The position numbers and the translations under genes were made by a program. The notes beneath the pieces were generated by a model. The model was not told the DNA's origin. It ran no database searches and was given only the letters and a program-made list of their open reading frames with translations. A stretch of DNA of 44,836 nt from a virus (Duplodnaviria > Caudoviricetes): IMG/VR virus record IMGVR_UViG_3300031910_000015, positions 1-44,836 of that record, one strand, 5' to 3'. The stretch's first letter is position 1. Each line of letters begins with the position of its first letter. This document shows positions 35,381 to 44,836 of this stretch, piece by piece.

Positions 35381-38374
35381 ATGGCCGCCCCGGTCACCAC
35401 CAGCAAGGCGGTCATCGATAACTTCAACCGCGCGGACGGCGCACTCGGCACGAACTGGGGCTCGCCGATGGTGTCGGGCGATCCGGCTCCCGTCGTCCAC
35501 TCGAACGTAATGACGCAACGCTCTGGCGATGCGCTCAACGTCATCGTTGATTCTGCATACTGGAAGACAGCGTTCACTGGAGGCCGATACGAAGCCTTCG
35601 GCATCGACGCGCAGGGTTCCGGCTGGATCGAGTTGTGGTTCATGACGTCGCAAGGGAATGGGTACGCGCTCGTCTCCAGCCCGTACGACAGCCCGCCGAC
35701 GTTCGGCATCTACAAGATCGTCGGCGGCACCTACACGTTGCTCAAGAACTACGCGACCGCTGTTCTGTCCGGCAGCGGCGAGGTGCCATACTTTTTCATG
35801 GAGAACGAGGGCGGTGGCGTCCATCTGTACGCCGGCACTGCCGCAGATGGTGTAGGACAGACGATCACGTACCTGCTCAATATCGCTGATTCAAGCTTCG
35901 GCAACATCAACACCGTCTACACCGGTGTTCGGCTCGGCTCAGCGACCTGGTCAAGCTCGGCAACTTGGGGCGAAGGATGCGACAACTTCCACGCTGGTGC
36001 GGTCGCTTCCGTTACCACTGTCATTGCGCCGCCTGCGACCTTCACCGCGTCTGCGGTAGCGCCGACACTGACCGGCGCGACCTCGCCAACGATACCAACG
36101 TTTGTGAACTACATGAGTGCTGGAGCGATTGGTGGCACGACGATTACATGCCCTCCTACAAATGTTGGGGAAGTGGCAGCGGTCGGCGATCTGTTGATCT
36201 TGTCGTTCTACCAGCCGAACGCTTCCAATAACGTATCGAGTGTCACTGATACTCAGGGCAATACATGGACGTTCGTCAACCGCAATACAGTTAGTCCTGG
36301 GAACCTTGCTTCCGACATCGAGCAATGGTACTGCGTCGTCCAGCATGCGCTCACGAACGCCGACCTCGTGACGGTGACGGTACCAGCATCACAGGCCAAT
36401 AAGTCCGTAATCATCTCTCACTTCACGGGGTGTAGCTCGACGCCGTTTGATAAGTCGTCAGCTACATCTGTGAGCAATAACGCGACTATCGGGACGATCA
36501 ACTCGGCAGCTACACCAGCGACGACGCAAGCTGTCGAGTTAGTTATCGGGATGTTCGCGATGTACATGGGATCAGCTATCCAAGTGCCGCCACTTACACC
36601 GGGTAGCGGCTACACTTCCATAGGCTGGGTGAACTACGGCCCGACGAACTCGATTGCGCTGTTCGCTGAGTACAAGACTGTCACTTCGACCGGGACACAG
36701 CAGGCCGGGTTTAGCTACTCGGGCAGTAACGCCATCTTGCAGATCCAGAGTCTCGTTGGTACCTACAAGGCACAGACTGCTGTCAGCGCAACGGTAGTGG
36801 CGCCACCGGCTACGTTCTCGGGCAGCGCGGTGGCACCTGTTCTTGTAGAGTCACCGACCATCATCACTCCGCCAGCACAGTTCACCGCTCAGTCCGTTGC
36901 GCCGCCGGTCACTGTCTCGGTCACCATCGTTGGCCAGGGCCCAGGCGTCGTCTCGATGAATGCGATTGCGCCAGTAGTCACTGGCACTGCGCTCGTGGTC
37001 TCGCCGGTCGCTTTGTTCTTGCCGAGCGTAGTCGCGCCTCTGATCATCATTTCTCCGATCATCGCAACGCCGCCGGCAACTTTCACGGCGAGCAGTGTAG
37101 CGCCGCTGCCAATCCGTTCGCTCCAGCTGGTATCGACGCCTGGAGTCTTCACTGCTGGCGCGGTTGCTCCGTTGCCTACGGTGAGCTTGACTATTTTCCC
37201 CAATGCGATCGGACTGACCGCGAATCAGATGGGCTCGATCCCGGTCGTGTCCGTTCTCCCCAACGCATCGGTGTTCACTGCGAGCGCCGTGGCTCCGTTC
37301 CCATTCCTTGGCATCTATTGTTTTGCCGTACCGGCTCGATGGACTGCAGCGAGCGTGGCACCCGCTCTGGTGGAAACGCTCTCCGCACCTGCGGCGATCC
37401 TCACGGGCAGTAGTGTCGCTCCCATCATCACCAAGACGCTACTGCCCAATGCCGCAGTCGCCACCTACTCGTCGGTGCAGCCGTTGTTGTCTATTGTCCT
37501 GCCGACTGCAGTTTCGGTCGCCACATACAGTTCGGTGGCGCCGTCATTTATCGCCGGCACTGGGCTTGCGCTCTCTGTGCCAGCCGCAACGTTCGCAGCT
37601 AGCTCGGTCAGTCCAGGGACATCGCTACTGACCGGCGTGCCGCCTGCTCAATTCACTGCATCGAGCGCGACTCCGGCATTGATCGAAACTCTACTTGCTG
37701 TCCCGGCGCTCTGGACAGCATCGAGCGTAGCTCCGCTGCCTACTCGTAGTCCACTGGTGATCACGCCATCTTCGACCGCTACGATGTCGAGTGTCGCTCC
37801 GTTGATTGCCCTCGCTGTGACCCCTGGTTCGCCGCAGTTCACTGCCGGGGCGCAGTCGCCGATCCTGTCCAATGTTCTTGGGGTCACGTTCGGGGTCTTC
37901 ACGGCGAGCGCTCCGGTGGTGAAGCCGGGGTTCACACAATTGCCGCCAGCTGCTCAGGCGACGTTCACATCCGTTGGCGGACAGCTGTTCCTGCAGATCC
38001 AGATACCGGCTGGGGGTTGGATCGCGAGTACCAGCATGCCATCACTCACGATCCTCGTGCCTACCCCAGCCGGCAATACTACGTTCAGTGGGCTCGTCTC
38101 GCTCAACATCGAGAAGAAGCAATCTGTGACGACGGATCGAGCGACGTTCAGCGCCGTAGCTCCTGGCTTGCAGATCAGGATCCAATCGCCAGCCGCGCTG
38201 TTCATTGCTGGCATTGGGATTGATTCCATCGGTGGCGGCGTCACTGCGGTGCCAGCCGATGTTCAGTTCTCGATATCAGATCCATCGCCACAGGTCACTA
38301 GCCAGCCCGCCATCTACTACTACCGGCCAGGGCCGATCATAGAGTCGGACGCCTGGTCAATGCACCAGCACTGA
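35381..38374 (+). CDS. large repeat-rich fibre-like protein 1
   Basis: Two N-terminal beta-rich domains, then many ~21-22-aa PPA.FTA.SVAP repeats. Confidence 0.7.
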   Translation: MAAPVTTSKAVIDNFNRADGALGTNWGSPMVSGDPAPVVHSNVMTQRSGDALNVIVDSAYWKTAFTGGRYEAFGIDAQGSGWIELWFMTSQGNGYALVSSPYDSPPTFGIYKIVGGTYTLLKNYATAVLSGSGEVPYFFMENEGGGVHLYAGTAADGVGQTITYLLNIADSSFGNINTVYTGVRLGSATWSSSATWGEGCDNFHAGAVASVTTVIAPPATFTASAVAPTLTGATSPTIPTFVNYMSAGAIGGTTITCPPTNVGEVAAVGDLLILSFYQPNASNNVSSVTDTQGNTWTFVNRNTVSPGNLASDIEQWYCVVQHALTNADLVTVTVPASQANKSVIISHFTGCSSTPFDKSSATSVSNNATIGTINSAATPATTQAVELVIGMFAMYMGSAIQVPPLTPGSGYTSIGWVNYGPTNSIALFAEYKTVTSTGTQQAGFSYSGSNAILQIQSLVGTYKAQTAVSATVVAPPATFSGSAVAPVLVESPTIITPPAQFTAQSVAPPVTVSVTIVGQGPGVVSMNAIAPVVTGTALVVSPVALFLPSVVAPLIIISPIIATPPATFTASSVAPLPIRSLQLVSTPGVFTAGAVAPLPTVSLTIFPNAIGLTANQMGSIPVVSVLPNASVFTASAVAPFPFLGIYCFAVPARWTAASVAPALVETLSAPAAILTGSSVAPIITKTLLPNAAVATYSSVQPLLSIVLPTAVSVATYSSVAPSFIAGTGLALSVPAATFAASSVSPGTSLLTGVPPAQFTASSATPALIETLLAVPALWTASSVAPLPTRSPLVITPSSTATMSSVAPLIALAVTPGSPQFTAGAQSPILSNVLGVTFGVFTASAPVVKPGFTQLPPAAQATFTSVGGQLFLQIQIPAGGWIASTSMPSLTILVPTPAGNTTFSGLVSLNIEKKQSVTTDRATFSAVAPGLQIRIQSPAALFIAGIGIDSIGGGVTAVPADVQFSISDPSPQVTSQPAIYYYRPGPIIESDAWSMHQH

Positions 38375-41300
38375 TGGCCGTCGCGTTCGTAGCTGAGCGA
38401 GCGAAGGGTGGATGGGCAGCTTCTACCTCGATACCCATCGTTGTTAGCGGCATCACGGTGGGGAACTACATATTCGTCTGTGTCGCTTGGGGCCCACCTA
38501 GCACTGGCTCGTCAGGCATTTCTACCGTTACGGATAATGTTGGGAATACGTACTCGGTTGACTACTCCAAGACGGCCTCGGCAATTGGCACTACGAGAGG
38601 CTCTGCCATCATCTCAGCGTACATTGCATCGGCTCCGACCCAAATCACCATCACACTGTCCGCGTCGGCGGCAGGAGCTTACAAGATTGAAGAGTTCTCC
38701 GGTGCAGGTAGCTCTCCATCCACTGATGGTGGCAACGCTATTTCGGCCTCGGCCAATGCCTCCATGAATATCACTTACAGCCCTGCCAATGCCGGAGACT
38801 TCGCGATTGCTATGTGGTCGCCCGGTGCTGCTAATACCATCATCACATCCATGACCAGCGGCTGGACGCAGGCGGGCACACCACGCAATGCGACGACAGA
38901 AATCATTTGTGGCTACAATTTATCTGACACCTCAGGTAGTCACCAGGTCAACTGTACGGTGCCGGCGGCGGGTGCCGGACAGTGGTCGGGCGCAGTTGCG
39001 GCGTATGTCGTAGCGATCAACGCGACAGTCGTAGCTCCGCCAGCAACGTTCAATGGTAGCTCCGTCGCTCCAGCACTTCAGATCAGTCCAACCGAGATCA
39101 CGACACCGGCCACGGCGTCGTATTCGTCGGTTGGGCCGTCGCTTCTGATCAGCCCGACGTTCTTGCCACCAGCGGCGGTTGTTACTGCGTCGATTGTCGC
39201 TCCTCTTCTCATCATCAGTCCTAACATCATTACACCACCAGCGGTGCTCACTGGCAGTTCGGTTGCGCCAGGACTCGGCGGAACATTCTTTCCCAACGCT
39301 GCCCTTATCACGGCGCTGTCGGTTGCTCCGGCTCTTACCATCAACATCACCATCGTATCTCCGCCAGCAACATTCACTGGCTCCTCGGTTGCTCCCGTCA
39401 TATCAATCAGTCCGACGGTCGTAGCGCCACCGGCCACCTTCACCGCTAGCTCGGTCGCGCCTGCACCGCGAGTCGATGAACTCAACGTCGCTCCTCCCGC
39501 GACGTTCACGGCTCAATCGGTCGCTCCAGTTGTTGTCGTCACTGCTACAGTCGTTGCCCCACCGGCAACCTGGACTGCTAGCTCGGTTGCACCCGCCGTC
39601 TCGGGCACTGCTCTGGTCGTCTCACCGCCTGCGACGTTCACTGGTAGTAGCGTTGCTCCTGGTCTCGGTCGTACGTTCCTACCCAATGCGGCAGTGTTCA
39701 CGGGACAGTCCGTCTCACCGATCCTCGGTCTGACGTTGACTCCCAATGCAGCGGTCTTCACAGGTCAATCGGTTGCGCCGCTCGTCTCGGGTACAGGGCT
39801 CGTCATCGCTCCAGTCGCAATCTGGACGGGGAGTGCGGTCGCTCCGACGCTCGTCAATCAACCTGCGCCGGATGTCACGCCTCCGGCTGTCTTCACCGCA
39901 TCGAGTGTAGCGCCGACGCTATCAATCGGCGGATCGGTAGCTCCTCCACCCGCGACATTCACAGCGAATGCTGTTGCGCCTGGTATCGGTGGTACGTCTC
40001 TCATAGTTGTTCCGCCTGCTGTTCTGACGGCAGCGTCGGTTGCCCCGGTCATCCAGCTATCGCAGGTGATGCTGCCGAACGTCTCGGTGGTGACCTACTC
40101 ATCGATTGCGCCGTTGCTCCGGATCGACAGCAACGCTATCGCTCCACCGGCTACGTTCACTGCTCAATCGGTAGCACCGGTGCCAGTTGCTTCATCGGTG
40201 GTAACTGCGCCTGCCGGAGTTTGGACGGGTTCATCGGTCTCACCTGCCCTGTACTTGAGCATCGCTCCTCCGGCAGGCGTTTGGACGGCATCGAGCGTTG
40301 TCCCCATCTTTGCCCAGGGCATTGTCGCTGCGCCGCTCGCTGCCAATACGTCCTACTCGGCTGTCAGTCCGACCATCACCGTCACGGCACTGCTCTTCCT
40401 GTCGCCGGCAATCGTCAACTTCCCGGTACTTTCGCCAACGCTTTCGCTTGGAGGTTCGGTCACGGCTCCACCGGCTCTGGCAAGCTATTCTGCGATGGTA
40501 CCGTCGTTGTCTCTCGGAGGATCAGTCTCGCCGCCAGCCGCGAACTTCACGGCCAACGCCATGGGGCAGACGATCATGATCTCGATTCCGACTCCATGGG
40601 CTAATGTTGACCTCTCGGTAGTCGGGCCGTTGCTGACGGTAGCGATCCCGCTCAATACTCCGCCAGGCGTCTTCACCGCTAGCGCAGCGTCGCCAAGCCT
40701 CTTGACCGGCGCAGGTTTTGCACTCTCGGTACCAGCGGCCAGCTTCTCTGCGGGTGTTGTAGCTCCGCTCGTGAGCGCGGGAGCTTCCGTTACGTCTCCA
40801 GCGGCTAGTTGGACGGCAAGTATTGTTTCCCCAACCTTCATCGCCGGTCAGGGCCGTACAGTTATTGTGCCTGTCGCGGTGCTGACCGCCTCGACAACCT
40901 CGCCGGGGATCAGTTGGACGGCAAATGTTGTCAGCCTAGCTGCGCAAACAACCTTCTCATCGACCGCTCCTAGCTTTGTAGTTGGCGTTGGATTGATGCT
41001 CAGCGCTCCGGCAGCGAGCGCGAGCTACGCAGCTGTGTCACCGAGTCTGTTCATGTCGGTATCGAGTACAGCTGCGGTACTCACGATGGTTTCGTCGGCT
41101 CCGATCTCAACTGTGAGCCGCGTTCTGATTGTGCCATACGGTACAGCGACCTACTCGTCAAATGGCCCTCAGGTCTTGACGGGTACAATTGTCGGGGCGC
41201 CAGCCGCAACTCTGTTCATGAGCACAAGCTCTCCCTTTGCGGAGGTGCGGTTGGTAGCCCCGGCAGGACGAGTATCGTATTCCGCTGTACCGTCTCAGAT

Positions 41301-41544
41301 CGGTGAGTTCTATTTCGTGATTACCGATGTAGGCAGAGTCAATTACACAGTGCCACGTATCTTCGTTCTTACAGAGGGGTCTGGGATGGTTTATACTTAC
41401 ACGCCAGGGAAAGTCTGGCAGGCCTCGGAAGGTGAGGTGACGGCGCCAAAGAACGGTAGGATCCAACAGACTAAGTCAAGTGTGACGGGAGATGTACCGC
41501 AAGGCTCGACGGGACGGATTGTGCAATCCTACGAAAGGCTCTGA
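38374..41544 (+). CDS. large repeat-rich fibre-like protein 2
   Basis: One N-terminal domain (VTDNVGNTYS), then PPA.FTA.SVAP repeats. Confidence 0.7.
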   Translation: MAVAFVAERAKGGWAASTSIPIVVSGITVGNYIFVCVAWGPPSTGSSGISTVTDNVGNTYSVDYSKTASAIGTTRGSAIISAYIASAPTQITITLSASAAGAYKIEEFSGAGSSPSTDGGNAISASANASMNITYSPANAGDFAIAMWSPGAANTIITSMTSGWTQAGTPRNATTEIICGYNLSDTSGSHQVNCTVPAAGAGQWSGAVAAYVVAINATVVAPPATFNGSSVAPALQISPTEITTPATASYSSVGPSLLISPTFLPPAAVVTASIVAPLLIISPNIITPPAVLTGSSVAPGLGGTFFPNAALITALSVAPALTINITIVSPPATFTGSSVAPVISISPTVVAPPATFTASSVAPAPRVDELNVAPPATFTAQSVAPVVVVTATVVAPPATWTASSVAPAVSGTALVVSPPATFTGSSVAPGLGRTFLPNAAVFTGQSVSPILGLTLTPNAAVFTGQSVAPLVSGTGLVIAPVAIWTGSAVAPTLVNQPAPDVTPPAVFTASSVAPTLSIGGSVAPPPATFTANAVAPGIGGTSLIVVPPAVLTAASVAPVIQLSQVMLPNVSVVTYSSIAPLLRIDSNAIAPPATFTAQSVAPVPVASSVVTAPAGVWTGSSVSPALYLSIAPPAGVWTASSVVPIFAQGIVAAPLAANTSYSAVSPTITVTALLFLSPAIVNFPVLSPTLSLGGSVTAPPALASYSAMVPSLSLGGSVSPPAANFTANAMGQTIMISIPTPWANVDLSVVGPLLTVAIPLNTPPGVFTASAASPSLLTGAGFALSVPAASFSAGVVAPLVSAGASVTSPAASWTASIVSPTFIAGQGRTVIVPVAVLTASTTSPGISWTANVVSLAAQTTFSSTAPSFVVGVGLMLSAPAASASYAAVSPSLFMSVSSTAAVLTMVSSAPISTVSRVLIVPYGTATYSSNGPQVLTGTIVGAPAATLFMSTSSPFAEVRLVAPAGRVSYSAVPSQIGEFYFVITDVGRVNYTVPRIFVLTEGSGMVYTYTPGKVWQASEGEVTAPKNGRIQQTKSSVTGDVPQGSTGRIVQSYERL

Positions 41545-42275
41545 TGTACGTCATCACTTTTGAAGACTACACCCCGCCGCCAAAGTATGACGGGATCGCA
41601 TGGTCTGAGATCCATATTCAGGAGTCAGCATCTGAATCTGGGCCTTGGACGGAGATTGATGTCCAGAGCCTAAGCCCAGTAGACGCCGATCCGACCGAGC
41701 CAATGGCTCGGTCTTTCACGACTGACCAGGCGACACTGCCCAACGGCTGGTACCAGATCATCTTCCGCGACCCGGCTGCGTCTACCGCGCTACCGACGAC
41801 GCCGGTTCAGAATGTCCCCGACGAGACAATGCCGTATCTGCCGACTCTGGCGGACATCGGCGCGATCATGCGGGCGCGTACCAAGACCGTCAATGGTGAC
41901 GAAATCGGTACGTTCAACGATGAGACGCGGCCGACCGGCGAAGAAGTCAATCGGATCATCATGCAGGCAGCGAGCGACGTCACGAGCGGGGTAGACACCG
42001 ACATCCCCGAGTCTGCCTACCGATGGGCTCGGCAGGCGATCACTTACCGCGCGGCCAAGTTGATTGAGATCAGCTACTTTCCCGAACAGATCGCAACTGG
42101 CCGCTCACCGTATCCAGAGTACAACGCTCTCTTTGACGAGGCACTCGGCTGGCTCAAGGAGGCCATCGGTCGCGAGCTAGCCGAGGAGACTCTGGGAGAG
42201 GACATTCTGCCCGGTCAACCCTTCTGGACGTTCCCTCCACCAGATGTGCTGGTGGGGTGGACGACGAAGATGTAG
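41544..42275 (+). CDS. head-tail adaptor with extra N-terminal beta domain
   Basis: GTFNDETRPT..EV..II..A..DV, AA.LIE.SYFPEQ; position. Confidence 0.65.
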   Translation: MYVITFEDYTPPPKYDGIAWSEIHIQESASESGPWTEIDVQSLSPVDADPTEPMARSFTTDQATLPNGWYQIIFRDPAASTALPTTPVQNVPDETMPYLPTLADIGAIMRARTKTVNGDEIGTFNDETRPTGEEVNRIIMQAASDVTSGVDTDIPESAYRWARQAITYRAAKLIEISYFPEQIATGRSPYPEYNALFDEALGWLKEAIGRELAEETLGEDILPGQPFWTFPPPDVLVGWTTKM

Positions 42276-42823
42276 TGGCGGCGCTAGGCGTAGCCATAGC
42301 AGTCGTACCGCCTGGGCGCATTCAGGAAATGCGCCTGCGGTACGCGAAGCTCGGCGGGGCGATGGTCAACCTACGGCCTGCAATGGAGATCATCGGTGTC
42401 GAGCTAACCGACATAGCCAGAGAGACGTTCCTGAGTCAGGGTCGGCGCGGCGGCGGCTCCTGGAAACAGTTGAGCTACAAGCGCCAACATGAGAAGGCTC
42501 GCGAAGGGATCGACCCACGTATCCTCTTTGGCGAGACACACCGGCTCTATACGTCCGCCACCGAGCCGGGCAGTCCCGAGAATATCATCCAGGTCAAGGG
42601 CAACGGTAACGATTGGCAAGTCATTCTTGCCACCAAGGTGCCGTATGCAAAGGCCCACTGGGCCGGTGTCCCGAAGCGCAATCTGCCACAGCGCAAGTTC
42701 TTCAAGCGTATTGCGTCCGACCAGGAACGCTTCGACCGTATTCTGAGGCAATATTTCTGGGACGCCTGGGCGTCAATGGACGGAGAAACGACAAAGGCAC
42801 CTCGTGGCCACTTCAACGGTTAG
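42275..42823 (+). CDS. virion morphogenesis / neck protein (Mu gpG-like)
   Basis: F.SQG...W..L....K, PYA.AH..G....LPQRKF; alternative start 42329. Confidence 0.7.
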   Translation: MAALGVAIAVVPPGRIQEMRLRYAKLGGAMVNLRPAMEIIGVELTDIARETFLSQGRRGGGSWKQLSYKRQHEKAREGIDPRILFGETHRLYTSATEPGSPENIIQVKGNGNDWQVILATKVPYAKAHWAGVPKRNLPQRKFFKRIASDQERFDRILRQYFWDAWASMDGETTKAPRGHFNG

Positions 42824-43460
42824 CGACATCTTCCAGAGGATCGTCTCGGCTAATCAGGTCGAGGAGGCGATGCGCGACACACTCAAGCTCTGGATGCCTG
42901 TCTACTTGCAAGAAATGGAGTTGCAGCTGGGGCGTACGCGAGCGAAGGTACCAGTGCCCCGCTCCTTCATGGTCGCTGGTCAGTTGGAGCAACTACGCGA
43001 GAATCAGCTACCGGGCATCCTCGTTCAATCTCCGGGGCTCACTGGCGTACCGTACCACGATGGTGACGGAATGTACACGGCGACCTGGCGCCTGATCGCC
43101 ACTTCATTGATCTCAGCGCTCGACCAGGAATCGACGCGGGCAGTCGCCAAGCTCTACGGAGCAGCGATCCGAGGCATCTGTGTACAGAAGCCGACGCTGG
43201 GGGATTTTGCGATCAATACGAAATGGATCAGTGAGAGCTACAGTGACCTGCCGACGCCGGACGGTGAGCGCAATCTGGTGCTCGTCTCGGTCTGGTGTGA
43301 CACTACGGTCGAAGATGTCGTCAACAAGATGGGAGGGCCGCGAACGTATCCAACTCCAGATCCACCAGACCCGTCGGGTCAGCCGGGTAGCCAATGGCCA
43401 ATCGTTCAGGACGTAGACATCGATGTTGAGCTGGAGGCACTAGATGACCAAATTCCGTAA
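42804..43460 (+). CDS. putative tail terminator / neck protein
   Basis: Position between the neck and sheath genes; P.I.V, LYGAAIR. Confidence 0.55.
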   Translation: MATSTVSDIFQRIVSANQVEEAMRDTLKLWMPVYLQEMELQLGRTRAKVPVPRSFMVAGQLEQLRENQLPGILVQSPGLTGVPYHDGDGMYTATWRLIATSLISALDQESTRAVAKLYGAAIRGICVQKPTLGDFAINTKWISESYSDLPTPDGERNLVLVSVWCDTTVEDVVNKMGGPRTYPTPDPPDPSGQPGSQWPIVQDVDIDVELEALDDQIP

Positions 43461-43644
43461 TGTCGGCGGTCTCACCGATCTGGCCGACGGCTCCATCGCG
43501 GAGCCATGGGCTGAGGTGACCCTGACGAAAGAGGCCCAAGCCGACCCTCACAACGCCGCTCTGATCGAGTCGGGGCAGCTTGCGCCACAAACCGCAGCGA
43601 AGGCAACGAAGGAGGAGGTGACCGATGCCGAGGCCGGGAGTTGA
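43444..43644 (+). CDS. small hypothetical protein preceding the sheath gene
   Basis: GGAGG SD; L.DG....P.......LIE.G.L. Confidence 0.6.
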   Translation: MTKFRNVGGLTDLADGSIAEPWAEVTLTKEAQADPHNAALIESGQLAPQTAAKATKEEVTDAEAGS

Positions 43645-44836
43645 CATCTCCCTAGTCGAGGTCGCGCCGGCAAGAACACCACCGACTGACACCGGGGTGT
43701 TCTTTGCTGTCGGGCCTGCATCTCAGGGCGATCCGACTCAGGCTGTGCTCTGCCGGAGCATGGCCGAGTTCGAGGCAAAGTTCGGCGCTCGTGTGACCTA
43801 CAGCTATCTGTGGGACGCGATGGACTGCTTCTACAAAGAGGGCGGTAGCAACGTCTACATCGCCCGCGTCGTCGGCCCTGCGCCGGTCACGGCGACTGTC
43901 ACACTCAAGGATGGATCCAATGCCAACACGCTCCAGGTTCTCGCGAACTCGCCTGGTGCCTGGGGCAACAATCTGCGGATCGCAGTGTCGCAGGGTTCCG
44001 TCGGCGGTACGTTCGTTCTCACGGTCAGCGACAACCTCGGCAACATCCTGGAAGTGTCGCGTGACCTCGTGGACGAGGCGGACGCGATCAACTGGTCGTA
44101 CGCGAGCGACTACATCGACCTGGTGGATGTCGGCACGGCTCTGTCCGATCCGGCAGTCGTCGCCGCCACTGCTCTGATCGGAGGGACGGACGACAACACC
44201 AACATCACAGAGGCGAACTGGACGACGGCGCTCGCGCTGTTCACCAACGACCTCGGGCCTGGGCAGGTCGCGATGCCCGGTCGTACGACGGCAGCGGCGC
44301 AGGCGAACCTGCTCGCTCATGCATCGAGCTTCAATCGAGTCGCGCTGATCGACGGTACCGACTCGGGATCGAAGGCAACACTCAAGGCGGTCGCCCAGGG
44401 TTTGCGCGGTGTACCGAACGCGCGGCACGCGGCATTCTTCGCTCCGTGGGCTGTCGTTCCTGGGCTCGTTGCCGGCACGACGCGGACGGTGCCATGGTCG
44501 GCAATCGAGGCCGGGATCATCGCTCGCAACGACGCATCCGGCCTCAGCCCGAACGTCGCGGCTGCCGGCATCCAGTACGGCCAGGCGCTCTACCCGATTG
44601 CGCTCTCGCAGAAGAAGTGGAGCGACGCGGATCGAGCAGAGATGAACGCCACCGGCGTCAACATCAATGTCCAGTCGTTCGGCGGCATCATGGCGTACGG
44701 ATACCGGACGCTGACCGATCCGAACCAGGATCCAAACTGGATCCAGTTCAGCAACGCTCGTCTCTACATGGCCATCGTGGCCGACGCCGATGCTGTCGGA
44801 GAGAACTATGTGTTCTCGCAGATCGATGGCAAGGGT
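43625..44836 (+). CDS. contractile tail sheath protein (partial, runs off the window end)
   Basis: Read by hand from ATG 43625 (GGAGGTGA SD): MPRPGVDI..FAVGPA..F..KFG..FYKEGG..VYIARV..GAWGN..GGTD..AFFAPW..GVNI..AYGYRTL. Confidence 0.9.
   Translation, partial: MPRPGVDISLVEVAPARTPPTDTGVFFAVGPASQGDPTQAVLCRSMAEFEAKFGARVTYSYLWDAMDCFYKEGGSNVYIARVVGPAPVTATVTLKDGSNANTLQVLANSPGAWGNNLRIAVSQGSVGGTFVLTVSDNLGNILEVSRDLVDEADAINWSYASDYIDLVDVGTALSDPAVVAATALIGGTDDNTNITEANWTTALALFTNDLGPGQVAMPGRTTAAAQANLLAHASSFNRVALIDGTDSGSKATLKAVAQGLRGVPNARHAAFFAPWAVVPGLVAGTTRTVPWSAIEAGIIARNDASGLSPNVAAAGIQYGQALYPIALSQKKWSDADRAEMNATGVNINVQSFGGIMAYGYRTLTDPNQDPNWIQFSNARLYMAIVADADAVGENYVFSQIDGKG

Noticed and set aside
1-44836. Integrase, reverse transcriptase/DGR, DNA polymerase or tRNA genes
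   Set aside because: No supporting motifs seen in this window, so lifestyle cannot be determined

Overview
This is a 44.8-kb piece of a high-GC tailed dsDNA phage, probably a myovirus because a tail sheath gene starts at 43625. An Actinomycetota-like host is inferred only from GC content and gene style. The left arm (1-21.9 kb, minus strand) has a nucleotide-modification-type trio (FAD oxidoreductase, HAD phosphatase, DUF1599-like protein), a primase-MCM-like helicase fusion, SSB, a Sak4-like ATPase, a PD-(D/E)xK exonuclease, two HNH genes, an SNF2 helicase and about 25 small putative early genes. A phased A/T-tract region at about 22.2 kb marks the strand switch. The right arm (plus strand) has lysis-like genes, a RuvC-like resolvase, TerS/TerL, portal, protease/scaffold, capsid, two giant repeat fibre proteins, neck genes and the sheath. 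The main unexplained signal is an apparent RNA-level regulon in the early region. Eleven genes share the exact leader 12-mer AAGGAGGGUACA, and one more has a variant. Eight of these carry a conserved tandem-hairpin motif with an AUNN loop. A ~100-nt structured element (12916-13017, minus) displays the exact antisense of the motif in its loop, which suggests a phage sRNA that silences all early ribosome-binding sites. A ~420-nt structured non-coding region (20803-21224) also contains an antisense copy. All protein family calls are by motif recognition, and all RNA structures were paired by eye; no searches or folding programs were run.
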